From IMG/VR virus record IMGVR_UViG_3300042402_003477, positions 1 to 54,924 of that record: 54,924 nucleotides of DNA; one strand, 5' to 3'. Source of the DNA: a virus (lineage: Duplodnaviria > Caudoviricetes). Position numbers and translations under genes: made by a program. The notes beneath the pieces were generated by a model that was given only the letters and a program-made list of their open reading frames with translations, was not told where the DNA came from and made no database searches. Below are positions 17,581-27,269 of the stretch, piece after piece. The first letter of the stretch is position 1. Each line of letters starts with the position of its first letter.

Positions 17581-19620
17581 ATGTTAGAACAATCACTAAT
17601 TAATCCTAATTTTGCAGGAAGAGATGGTTTCAAATGGTTTATTGGTATCGTAGCAAATACTCAACCAGATCGTGCTGACCTAGAGTATGGTTATAGAGTT
17701 CAAGTAAGAATTATCGGTCATCATCCAGGAGATGAAATAGAAGATAGAAATCTTCCTTGGGCTCACGTACTAATCCCTACAAATATGGGAACTGGTGCAG
17801 GTGGTGCTGGTATTAGTATGAATACCCGTGGTGGTGAAGTTGTGATTGGGTTTTTTGCCGATGGGGAAGACGCACAACAACCAATTGTAATTGGTTCATT
17901 ATACAATGGAGCAAATGTAGATTACTTGAATACTTTTACGCAAGGAACAAAAGGATTTAAGTTATTCCAACAAAAACCAGGAGCAATTGTTAGTCCATAT
18001 AACAAAACCGTAAGGAATGGCAAATCATCTCCAGGTGAACCTGGAATAGTAAAAACATCTGGTTATCACAATGGAGCAGGGACTGTAGCAAAAGAAGTGA
18101 TAGATAACAATAATCCAACAGTAACTATTCCAGGGCACTGTAGAGAAGGAAAGGATGTTGTATCCCAAATCAATAAAGGATTAATCAAATTTATTCAGTT
18201 GATGAATGAAGTTAAGTACGTTAATGATACTTACATCAATCCAGTTTTAAACAAAGTTACTGATATTTCATCAGAGATTGATGAGATTGCTATTGTAATA
18301 TCTGATGCTCTGATATGGTTGGTAAAATATATACGAGATGAAATTATAACAGGGGTCTATAATCTTTTAGAGGATTATATCGAACAAGTAAAACTTCCGA
18401 AGTGGGCGGAATTTTTAAAGAAGGCAGCAGCAGGTGAGATTGCTGATGGGATATGGTGCCTTTTCTTAAATATCATCAAGAAAATAAAAAATTTTGTTTT
18501 TGAGTTTTTGTTTGGAATGATTGGAAAGGTAGCAAGTATTCCAGTATGTTTAGTGGAAACTTTTACTGGTAGTATTTTGCAGTCAGTAGTAAATGAAATT
18601 CAAGATGCCATTCAACCTGCACTAGATCAGATTTCTTCTACTCTAGGTGGAGGAATTGGAACTGTAATGTCATATGTAGAAAAGGCAATTGGAATTACAA
18701 AAACAATTGCAAGTTTTCTTCAGTGTGAAGAATCTCCCTGCAAACAAGTCTTTAATTATGAAATGAACAAAGGATTTGTTCCAAAGGATGGAGACATTAA
18801 GTTCCAAAATATTATTAATTATTCTCCAGCACAAGGATTGAGAAATCTTTTAGATGATGGTAAGAAACAGGCAGCAGGATTTTTGGGTGGAATATCTGGA
18901 GGGGAAGGATTGCCTGAAGAATTGGCACCATATGTTGGTGGTTGTGATGTAAGTCTTCAGTGTGGAATGCCACAAGTTAAGATTTTTGGTGGAGGAGGAT
19001 CTGGCGCAACTGGAAATGCAGTTGTTGATTCATTTGGACAAATTATGGGAGTTAATATTACAAATCCAGGTGGGGGATATTCTTCTCCTCCATATGTTTC
19101 ATTCGAAGATTCTTGTGAAAATGGAACTGGAGCATATGGATATGCTCGAATTGAAAATGGGAAATTATCAGAAGTTGTGATGCAAAATCCTGGAGGTGGA
19201 TATTTAGGACCAGATACATCAAATGTTGATGAAGAATCTGATGAAGAAACTTTAATACAATCTTCTTGCTCTATCCCTCCAGCAGAATCTTCTGGTGCTA
19301 TTGTTTATCCTTATGTTCTTAATGTAATCATTGAAGAGACTGGAATTGGATATTCTTCAGAGGACTTTGCAATTAATTCAAGTTGTCCTGATAGTGATGT
19401 GAGATTAGATTTAGAATTGGATGATGATGGAAGAATTACTGCAGCAAAAATTACTAATCCAGGAACATCTATTAATACATACCCAGAGTTGGAAATAAAT
19501 AGTGATACTGGATCTGGAGCAATTCTGAAACCCGTTTTAGGATTTAGTACAACTCCACCAGAGGAACGAATTAGTAATGTAGAAGTTCAAACTGTTGTAT
19601 ATTGTTCTGATAAGAAATGA
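17581..19620 (+). CDS. gp5: baseplate central spike gp5-like (N-terminal OB-fold; no lysozyme domain recognised)
   Basis: FKWFIGIV...RVQVRIIGHH...LPWA...GEVVIGFFADGEDAQQPIVIGSL. Confidence 0.8.
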   Translation: MLEQSLINPNFAGRDGFKWFIGIVANTQPDRADLEYGYRVQVRIIGHHPGDEIEDRNLPWAHVLIPTNMGTGAGGAGISMNTRGGEVVIGFFADGEDAQQPIVIGSLYNGANVDYLNTFTQGTKGFKLFQQKPGAIVSPYNKTVRNGKSSPGEPGIVKTSGYHNGAGTVAKEVIDNNNPTVTIPGHCREGKDVVSQINKGLIKFIQLMNEVKYVNDTYINPVLNKVTDISSEIDEIAIVISDALIWLVKYIRDEIITGVYNLLEDYIEQVKLPKWAEFLKKAAAGEIADGIWCLFLNIIKKIKNFVFEFLFGMIGKVASIPVCLVETFTGSILQSVVNEIQDAIQPALDQISSTLGGGIGTVMSYVEKAIGITKTIASFLQCEESPCKQVFNYEMNKGFVPKDGDIKFQNIINYSPAQGLRNLLDDGKKQAAGFLGGISGGEGLPEELAPYVGGCDVSLQCGMPQVKIFGGGGSGATGNAVVDSFGQIMGVNITNPGGGYSSPPYVSFEDSCENGTGAYGYARIENGKLSEVVMQNPGGGYLGPDTSNVDEESDEETLIQSSCSIPPAESSGAIVYPYVLNVIIEETGIGYSSEDFAINSSCPDSDVRLDLELDDDGRITAAKITNPGTSINTYPELEINSDTGSGAILKPVLGFSTTPPEERISNVEVQTVVYCSDKK

Positions 19621-20192
19621 CCCTTAAAAAACCTCAACCTCAACCCACGGGTTATGTAATTAGTGATCCTCAAGATGGGACCATTATTATCGGAAAAGAT
19701 CCAGATTCAAAAAGACCTAGACAAATTGAATTAGGAGCACAATCTTTAGGTTGTATCCGTCTTTTTGGTGATGGTGGATTTGATATCAGAAGTAATCCAT
19801 CATCACAATTAAAAGATAACATCATCAGTAACTCAAAAGATGGTCTTGGGATCTATAGTAATGGAAAGGGAATTCATATTGATGCTGGAAATGGTGAGTT
19901 AACAATTACAGCAAGAAGTATTGTAATCAATGCCACAGGAGCAGACGAAGCAGGAGTTACAATTAGATCCGCACAACACATAAATTTAGATGCTGCTGAT
20001 AATATTAAGATAGAGGGATCAAACGTTGCAGTAGCAGCAAGAAATAAATTAATTATAGCATCAAAAGGTCTTTTAAATATAAGAGGTAAAGGTGGAGTTC
20101 TGATTTCAGAACCAAAGACCAAATTAATTCCAACATCAATATCTGATGTAATACAAACTGCATTCCAATTCATTCTTCCGGAGTATTTTTAA
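19617..20192 (+). CDS. putative gp5 C-terminal-like beta-helix protein
   Basis: alternating I-x-I-x-A/G strand repeats; coupled to gp5. Confidence 0.55.
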   Translation: MTLKKPQPQPTGYVISDPQDGTIIIGKDPDSKRPRQIELGAQSLGCIRLFGDGGFDIRSNPSSQLKDNIISNSKDGLGIYSNGKGIHIDAGNGELTITARSIVINATGADEAGVTIRSAQHINLDAADNIKIEGSNVAVAARNKLIIASKGLLNIRGKGGVLISEPKTKLIPTSISDVIQTAFQFILPEYF

Positions 20193-20911
20193 TGGACGCT
20201 GACGTAGTAAATTGTTCTTCGATGCAAGTTGGAGAATCTATATCTTTTCCAATTTCATCAGCAGAATTTTGGCCTAGTATTGATCCTCAAGCAATTTTTT
20301 CTCAACAAAATTGGGGCATCTCAAACTTTGTTGGAATGCATAATCAAGTTGGTCTTTATAATGGTATTGGATTATGGAATCAACTTGGAACTTATAGTGG
20401 AATTGGATTAGGATTGCACGTTGGTGGACACGTTGATGCTCAACCATCTTATGATAGTGCCGCAGTAACTACTGATTATGCTTCTCCGGATGGAGATCTC
20501 TGGGGAGATTGGGATTATAACGGAACCCCATTAGATTACTTACACAATCATTCCGACGTTCGATTAAAGGAAAATATCAAAACCCTTGATAGTTCATTGG
20601 ATAAAGTTTTAAATCTTCGTGGTGTATCATTTACCTGGAATAAGCAATTAAGTCCATATGTAGGTAGAAGAAAAGATGTTGATATTGGTTTAATAGCACA
20701 AGAAGTGGAAGAAATTATTCCAGAAATAGTTCAAGAAACTTCAATTCCAAATTTAGATTTTCAAATTAAAAATGTAGATTATGATAGACTTGTTCCGGTA
20801 CTAGTAGAAGCAATTAAAGAGCAGCAAAAGCAAATTGAGGACCTGAAGGAGACAGTCAGCAAACTGTCCACTCCTTCGGAAAAAGTCCAAGGAGTATGCT
20901 ATGATACATAG
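20192..20911 (+). CDS. protein with C-terminal intramolecular chaperone (peptidase S74) domain
   Basis: SDVRLKENIKTL...LRGVSFTW...IGLIAQEVEEIIPEIV...LVEAIKEQQKQIE. Confidence 0.85.
   Translation: MDADVVNCSSMQVGESISFPISSAEFWPSIDPQAIFSQQNWGISNFVGMHNQVGLYNGIGLWNQLGTYSGIGLGLHVGGHVDAQPSYDSAAVTTDYASPDGDLWGDWDYNGTPLDYLHNHSDVRLKENIKTLDSSLDKVLNLRGVSFTWNKQLSPYVGRRKDVDIGLIAQEVEEIIPEIVQETSIPNLDFQIKNVDYDRLVPVLVEAIKEQQKQIEDLKETVSKLSTPSEKVQGVCYDT
20851..20905 (+). promoter_or_regulatory. putative early promoter motif, copy 1
   Basis: GACAGT-N6-ACTGTC, hairpin ACTCCTT..AAGGAGT, TGcTATGAT. Confidence 0.6.
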
Positions 20912-20930
20912 GTCACTACCCCCCGACAAG

Positions 20931-21098
20931 ATGCAAATTTCCAAAGAGCAACTCAAAGACCTCCAAGCAATGCACGAAGATATGGCAGCATATTTCACTG
21001 ATGAGAATTTTCCCATTAGTGGAGAAACTTATTGGACTTGTGTAGAGTGTCTTGCTATTGCTAAACTTGCTGAACTTCGTGGAGAACTTGTTGCCTGA
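20931..21098 (+). CDS. small hypothetical protein (start reassigned from 20901)
   Basis: MQISKEQLKDLQ...SGETYWTCVECLAIAKLAELRGE; the ATG at 20901 lies inside the -10 box. Confidence 0.65.
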   Translation: MQISKEQLKDLQAMHEDMAAYFTDENFPISGETYWTCVECLAIAKLAELRGELVA

Positions 21099-21168
21099 TT
21101 TCAAAATTGACTTTTAATTCCAAAAATCGGGCAAAAAAATCTCCGGGTAAAAAATGCCCCTAGGGTTT

Positions 21169-21921
21169 TTATAACCATTCGTCATTAGCAGGGTCTTGTA
21201 GGAATTCAAGTATTTGTTGAGTGCTTTGAATTCTTTGATTTAATTTATTTTTTGACTGTGTATAAGCATATTGTTGAAGTTCAAACTCTGATCTAGATGC
21301 CTTTAAAGTATTGACTTTATCAATTAGGTCATTTCGTTCGGTTTGAAGAATTTGTATTTGATTAGTTATATTTGTAATTGAAGTTGCATATCCAGCACAT
21401 TCCCCACTCGTGCATCCCAAAAATGGGTTCGAACAAACGTTAATGGGTGAGAAATAACTTCCTATTGCTACTTGATTGATATAATCCTGAGTTCCAATTC
21501 CAGCATTTCCGACTGTTAATGTTCCATCGGTTGGAGAAAATGGATTTGGTGCAGTATATGTGTATCCTCTATATCTTGCTTGATCTTGATTTACGATAGT
21601 TGTTGTAAGACCTGCAACCCAAGCAGTGGAACCACATCCAACGGAATTTGCTTGTTCTCCAATATCCAACACTAACTGCTGAAGATCTCTTATTTGAGTA
21701 TTGATTGATACGACTTCTTCATCCAGTGATTCAATTGGAACATCAAAATTCTCAATTAATTGATTTGGACCAAAAACTTTTATTTGATGAGTTGAACCAA
21801 TTCCAGTGGTAACTGCAATTCCAACTTCTAGAGTTTCAATTTGAGATATTTGTGCTAAATCTAAAGAAATTCGTTGATTATAAAACGCAATAATCTCTTC
21901 AGTTTCCGAACTAATTGCCAT
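21169..21921 (-). CDS. hypothetical (probably virion) protein
   Basis: 250-aa ORF with coiled coils and Cys motifs; isolated minus-strand gene. Confidence 0.7.
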   Translation of the reverse strand: MAISSETEEIIAFYNQRISLDLAQISQIETLEVGIAVTTGIGSTHQIKVFGPNQLIENFDVPIESLDEEVVSINTQIRDLQQLVLDIGEQANSVGCGSTAWVAGLTTTIVNQDQARYRGYTYTAPNPFSPTDGTLTVGNAGIGTQDYINQVAIGSYFSPINVCSNPFLGCTSGECAGYATSITNITNQIQILQTERNDLIDKVNTLKASRSEFELQQYAYTQSKNKLNQRIQSTQQILEFLQDPANDEWL

Positions 21922-21993
21922 TTATCAAAAAATACTAATAATCTTATTTATTGATAAATAAGTCAGAAGAAAAATTAGTAGGATAATCTCCAA

Positions 21994-24900
21994 ATGCCTT
22001 TAGCGAGACTCGAAAATTTACTGAAAAATCTGAACGGTAATATTCTTTATGTAGATCCGGCACAGTTAGATTCAACGGATTCTACAGATAATAGAGGAAA
22101 TTCTGCTTTAAGACCTTTTAAGACTATTCAAAGAGCACTCCTTGAAGCAGTTAGATTCTCATATATTCAAGGTGCGAATAATGACTTATTCGACCAGACA
22201 ACAATTCTAATTTCCCCAGGTACTCATTATATTGATAATCGTCCTGGATTTTATGTAGATGGAGATACTATTAAAAATTATAGTGGAACAACCACTGTAT
22301 TGCCAGAATTAACACTTCAGAGCATAATGGATCTTGATGATCCTACTAATGAACTATACAAGTATAATAGTGCAGATGGTGGAGTTATTGTCCCTAGAGG
22401 TGTTTCCATTGTTTCAAGTGACCTTCGTAAGACAAAGATTCGTCCAAAATATGTTCCTTATCCAACTGACGAATTAATACCATCCACCTCAATTTTCAGA
22501 TTGACTGGTTCTTGCTACATCTATGGTTTCTCTATTTTTGATGGTGATCCAAACGGAAATGTATATAATTATCCTTCTTCAAATTTCAGAACACCCCCAA
22601 GTTATTCTCACCACAAACTAACTGCATTTGAATATGTGGATGGTAAGAATAAGTATGTGAAGAATGGGGTCACTCTAGATAAGACTGACCTTGAAATGTA
22701 TTACTATAAAGTTGCTAAAGGTTTCGGACAAAATACTGGAATTCCTGTAATTATTGATTGGGGGGTTAATACTAATCCTGACTTATATCCAAATGTTGAA
22801 GAAAATAGAATTGTTGGAGATCTTGGATTTGGTACAAATATAATCACGAACATTTATGCTGGAGACGGTGGACTTGAAATTTCTAACATTGTCACAGTAA
22901 CAACTACTACAGATCATAATTTAAGTCCAAACACCGCGATTTTAATTTCAAATGTTGGAAATGGTTCTCAGCAAATTGCAGAGTATAATGGTTCATTTAC
23001 AGTAGCTCAAGTTATAAACAGCACACAATTTACATATAGACTTCCCTCAAATCCAGCATCTACACTTACTCCACAGGTCAATAGCGATTCTAAACTGACA
23101 ACAGTTTCTGATACTGTATCATCAAGTTCTCCTTATGTCTTTAACTGCAGTTTGAAGTCTGTTTATGGCATGAATGGTCTTCATGCTGATGGATCGAAGG
23201 CAACTGGTTTTAGAAGTATTGTCACGGCACAATTTACTGGAATTTCACTTCAAAAGGATGACAATGCATTTGTAATTTATAATGAATCCTCTGGAACATA
23301 TAACGACCAAAGTGCATTTGAGGATGAGTTCTTACATCAGAATTCTAGAGCAAGATATAAACCTGATTGGGAAAGTTTCCACATAAAAGCATCAAACGAT
23401 GCATTCATTCAGTGTGTGTCGATATTTGCGATTGGATATGCAAACCATTTTTCGGCACAAACTGGCGGAGATCAAAGCATCACCAACTCAAATAGTAATT
23501 TTGGAGCAATTTCTCTTTCTGCTAGTGGTTTCAAAAAGTATGAGTTGCCAAAGGATAATCACGGATTTATAACTCACATTATTCCACCTAAAGAGATTGA
23601 TTCTCAAGAAGTAAATGTTACTTGCTTTGAATTAGATTCGGGTAAAACAAGTGACGTTGATTTGCCTACAAGAGTATATTTAAAAGGATATAATAATGAA
23701 TTAACGGTTCCTCCATCAACTGTCAAAGAGTTTTCTATCGGTGGAATGGTTGATGATAAAATTTATATTAATGTCGATGGAAATATATCAAATGCTACAG
23801 TATCTCCAAGTTATGGGTTTGATCTAACAATTTCTTCTATTGATAGTTCTACAAATACCATTACTTTACTTAATAATCAAACTGTTGGTTCTATAACTGG
23901 AATTAATACATCGCAGGCAGTAAGAGTAGTATCAAATAATGGTCAATTGCCTGATGGAATAGATCCACATAAAGTATATTATATTAATACTTCATTAACT
24001 ACAAATACAGTACAATTATCAGAAAGCATATCTGCTTCTGAAGATGAAGATAATGTTATTGATATTAATGATATAGGATCAAGTAATAGAAATTTAAGAC
24101 TAGTAAGCAAAGTATCTGATAGATCTCCAGGAACTCCAGGAAGTCCAATACAATATGACTCTGCGAATGATGGTTGGTATATTAATATTCAATCCAAACA
24201 ATCATTTGTCGATGATGTTATTGCTGGAGGAGATCCATCATTCTACATTACGAGATCTTATGACAATAGAAATCTAGATGATAAGATTTATCGTGCTAGA
24301 TACGTAATTCCAAAAGATTCTTCAATAAATGCAGCAGAACCTTCTGTTGGATTTATTCTACAAAGATCTTCTTCTGCAATTTCAGATCTATATACAAAAT
24401 TAGATACTGATTTGTCCTCAGTATCTCAAGCAAGAAATACTAATCAAATTGTAGATGCTTGGTATGCATCTGATGAAGCAAATATTATAACCAAAAATCC
24501 TCACAATTTAAGAGTGGGAGATGTAGTCAATATTTACAATTTGAAGAGTTCTAATGAACCATCTCCTGTTGGTTTGGGAACAGGAACTGGATATAATGGA
24601 TCATTTATAGTTTCTAACGTTGTAAACGAACTTCATTTTAGATATGAAATTGAAATAAATCCAGGTACAATTACACCAACAGCAGAAACAACTAGAACTA
24701 ATTGGCTAAACGTAAGAGATTGCAACTCTTCAACTTATAGAGTTCCCCCATATACGATTGAAGATGACAATAATACTAGAGAATCTCTTCCTTATTTTAG
24801 TTGTGAAGAAATTACTAATGAATTCCAAATTTATAAGGTTGATACAATTCAGAAATATTCCTACAATGTATCAGATGGTGTTTATTATGTAACATTGAAT

Positions 24901-27219
24901 GCTTTTAAGAATACTCCTGATGTTTCTCCGTTTGATGTTGATAATTTAAGACTTTCTCAAAGTATAGAAAATCTATACCCAACTACTGATTTTGATAATC
25001 CAGTTTCAGATCCATATCCAACAAAGACATATGCTTCCAGAAAAACCATTGGTAAAGTTGATGTCAATGATTTAAATTATAGTGTAACTAAAGAGACAAC
25101 CTCTGCGTTTTTATCTAAATTTGGAATTTCCTATGAAGTAGAACAAATTGAAAATACTGGATCAACTTGCGTAATCACGACCACTGTAAATCACGGACTA
25201 CAAGGAATTTCTGCATTATCTATTTCTGGAGGTGGTTCTGGATTTGTAAATGGAACTTGGAGTGATATTCCTTTGTGTGGTGGAACTGGAGAAAATGCAA
25301 CTGCGACCATTACTGTATCCGGCGGATCAGTTACATCTGCAACAATATCTCATCCAGGATCTGGATACACAGCAGGTGATGTATTAACTGCTAGGGGAAT
25401 ACCTCATTCATCTTCTAATTCACAGTCAGTTAATCTTACAGTTTCTTCAGTATTTTCTGCTGTTAATAAGGGAATTCAAATCATCGGAAGTAAAAAAGTT
25501 GGAAATGACGGGTTCTTCCCAATCGAGTCAGTAACTCCAAACACAATTACATACACAAATGCTAATGGTGCTGATGAATCCGCACAAAGTTTTGAAACTT
25601 ATCCCTCTGCAATTATTTCCAATGAAGCATTAAATGTCCAATCAGTATCATATAATTCAGCAGATGACATAAGTACAATTACAGTCACTAGTTCATCTTC
25701 TCCACATTTATTCTTTGCTGGAGATAAAGTTTATTTCTCGGGCATAGTTTCAGATACCTTTGATGTTACTAGTGTAAATAGTGCTACTCAATTTGAAGTT
25801 TCTGGTAATGCATCTTCTCAAACAGGAAAAGTTTATCTAATTCCTATAGCACCATCTTTAAGTAATTCTAATAAATCAAATGAAAATCTTTCTTCTAGAC
25901 AATATCCTTTAATATCAGAACTTCAAAAGAGATGCTCTTCTTCTGTCGGACAAAATGCATCATCAATTTCTGTCGGAAATTCTAGAGGTTTGAGTAAGTC
26001 AGATTTCATTCAGATTGATGAAGAAATTATGATGATTACTAAAGTTAATGGATCATCATTGAGCGTTTTAAGAGGATTATTTAATACTAAGCAAACATCA
26101 CATTTAGACGATTCAATTGTAACTAGAATTTCTCCAATTCCTGTTGAATTAAGAAGAAACTCTATCTTAAGAGCATCAGGACATACTTTTGAATACACTG
26201 GATTTGGTCCTGGCAACTACTCAACTGGTATGCCAACCAATCAAGACAGGGTATTGACAGAAGATGAAATTTTAATTTCCCAGTCATTACCAACTCGTGG
26301 TGGATCAGTTCTCTACACTGGTATGAATAGTAATGGGGAATTTTATATTGGAAGAAGAAAAATTAATGCCCTTACTGGAGAAGAGCAATTTGTAGGAGTT
26401 CCCCAATCAATAAGTCAATCAAACTATTCAGATGAACTCACTGTAAATAACCTGACAGTTACTAATAATCTTGATGCCTCTTCTGCTACAACAGAATTTA
26501 AAGATATTCAAGTTAACAGAGACTTGAATGTTGGAAGAAATCTAACTGTTGGGGGAACAATTTCCGGAGAACTTCAATATTCAGTTTCTGAAGGAGATGG
26601 ATTAACTGGAGGAACCTTTGATAATACTTCAGATAAAACGATTGCTCTCGGAACTCCAAGCAGCATTACATCAACTTCAACTAATGGAGTTACTGCAAAT
26701 AGTCATACTCATACATTAGCAAATGGATCAGTTACAACTGACAAGTTGGATGGAACTAATGGTTCTGAAGCAGTAACATCTGCAAAAATTAGAAGTGGAG
26801 CAGTTACTTCAACTAAATTAAATGGTGGACAAACTGATACTGCTCCAATTTTTGGAGCAAGAGCTTGGGGTAAAATGATAAATGGAAAAACAAGCACCCC
26901 AACAGTAGAATATGGTGGAAATGTTCAGGTGACAGTAACCAAAACAAGCACAGGAAGATACTTATTTGTCATGGAAAACAAACTCCAAAATAATGCTCAA
27001 GATACTGGTGTATATTCTCCAGATACTGGCGAATCTACTTGGAGTAATCAAAAGTTTATTGTTATAGCAAATCCAGGAACTGATGATGAAGATCACATTT
27101 GCTCTATAGATGCTGCCGCAGGACCAGGAAACGGAGAATTTGCAATTAAAACTTTTGACACTAGAGGAAATCAAGTACTAGCAGATACTGATGTTATTTA
27201 CTTTGTTGTTTTTGGTTAA
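21994..27219 (+). CDS. large virion structural / tail-fibre protein
   Basis: 1741 aa; cyanophage-type N-terminus MPLARLEN...RPFKTIQRALLEA; beta-rich; TAAATA late-promoter core upstream. Confidence 0.8.
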   Translation: MPLARLENLLKNLNGNILYVDPAQLDSTDSTDNRGNSALRPFKTIQRALLEAVRFSYIQGANNDLFDQTTILISPGTHYIDNRPGFYVDGDTIKNYSGTTTVLPELTLQSIMDLDDPTNELYKYNSADGGVIVPRGVSIVSSDLRKTKIRPKYVPYPTDELIPSTSIFRLTGSCYIYGFSIFDGDPNGNVYNYPSSNFRTPPSYSHHKLTAFEYVDGKNKYVKNGVTLDKTDLEMYYYKVAKGFGQNTGIPVIIDWGVNTNPDLYPNVEENRIVGDLGFGTNIITNIYAGDGGLEISNIVTVTTTTDHNLSPNTAILISNVGNGSQQIAEYNGSFTVAQVINSTQFTYRLPSNPASTLTPQVNSDSKLTTVSDTVSSSSPYVFNCSLKSVYGMNGLHADGSKATGFRSIVTAQFTGISLQKDDNAFVIYNESSGTYNDQSAFEDEFLHQNSRARYKPDWESFHIKASNDAFIQCVSIFAIGYANHFSAQTGGDQSITNSNSNFGAISLSASGFKKYELPKDNHGFITHIIPPKEIDSQEVNVTCFELDSGKTSDVDLPTRVYLKGYNNELTVPPSTVKEFSIGGMVDDKIYINVDGNISNATVSPSYGFDLTISSIDSSTNTITLLNNQTVGSITGINTSQAVRVVSNNGQLPDGIDPHKVYYINTSLTTNTVQLSESISASEDEDNVIDINDIGSSNRNLRLVSKVSDRSPGTPGSPIQYDSANDGWYINIQSKQSFVDDVIAGGDPSFYITRSYDNRNLDDKIYRARYVIPKDSSINAAEPSVGFILQRSSSAISDLYTKLDTDLSSVSQARNTNQIVDAWYASDEANIITKNPHNLRVGDVVNIYNLKSSNEPSPVGLGTGTGYNGSFIVSNVVNELHFRYEIEINPGTITPTAETTRTNWLNVRDCNSSTYRVPPYTIEDDNNTRESLPYFSCEEITNEFQIYKVDTIQKYSYNVSDGVYYVTLNAFKNTPDVSPFDVDNLRLSQSIENLYPTTDFDNPVSDPYPTKTYASRKTIGKVDVNDLNYSVTKETTSAFLSKFGISYEVEQIENTGSTCVITTTVNHGLQGISALSISGGGSGFVNGTWSDIPLCGGTGENATATITVSGGSVTSATISHPGSGYTAGDVLTARGIPHSSSNSQSVNLTVSSVFSAVNKGIQIIGSKKVGNDGFFPIESVTPNTITYTNANGADESAQSFETYPSAIISNEALNVQSVSYNSADDISTITVTSSSSPHLFFAGDKVYFSGIVSDTFDVTSVNSATQFEVSGNASSQTGKVYLIPIAPSLSNSNKSNENLSSRQYPLISELQKRCSSSVGQNASSISVGNSRGLSKSDFIQIDEEIMMITKVNGSSLSVLRGLFNTKQTSHLDDSIVTRISPIPVELRRNSILRASGHTFEYTGFGPGNYSTGMPTNQDRVLTEDEILISQSLPTRGGSVLYTGMNSNGEFYIGRRKINALTGEEQFVGVPQSISQSNYSDELTVNNLTVTNNLDASSATTEFKDIQVNRDLNVGRNLTVGGTISGELQYSVSEGDGLTGGTFDNTSDKTIALGTPSSITSTSTNGVTANSHTHTLANGSVTTDKLDGTNGSEAVTSAKIRSGAVTSTKLNGGQTDTAPIFGARAWGKMINGKTSTPTVEYGGNVQVTVTKTSTGRYLFVMENKLQNNAQDTGVYSPDTGESTWSNQKFIVIANPGTDDEDHICSIDAAAGPGNGEFAIKTFDTRGNQVLADTDVIYFVVFG

Positions 27220-27249
27220 TTACATTATCTAATAAATAACTTTATAGAC

Positions 27250-27269
27250 AGGGGGATAGTGGAACCCAA
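27250..27269 (+). promoter_or_regulatory. conserved leader element, copy 1
   Basis: AGGGGGATAGTGGAACCCAA, identical to 32074-32093. Confidence 0.6.
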
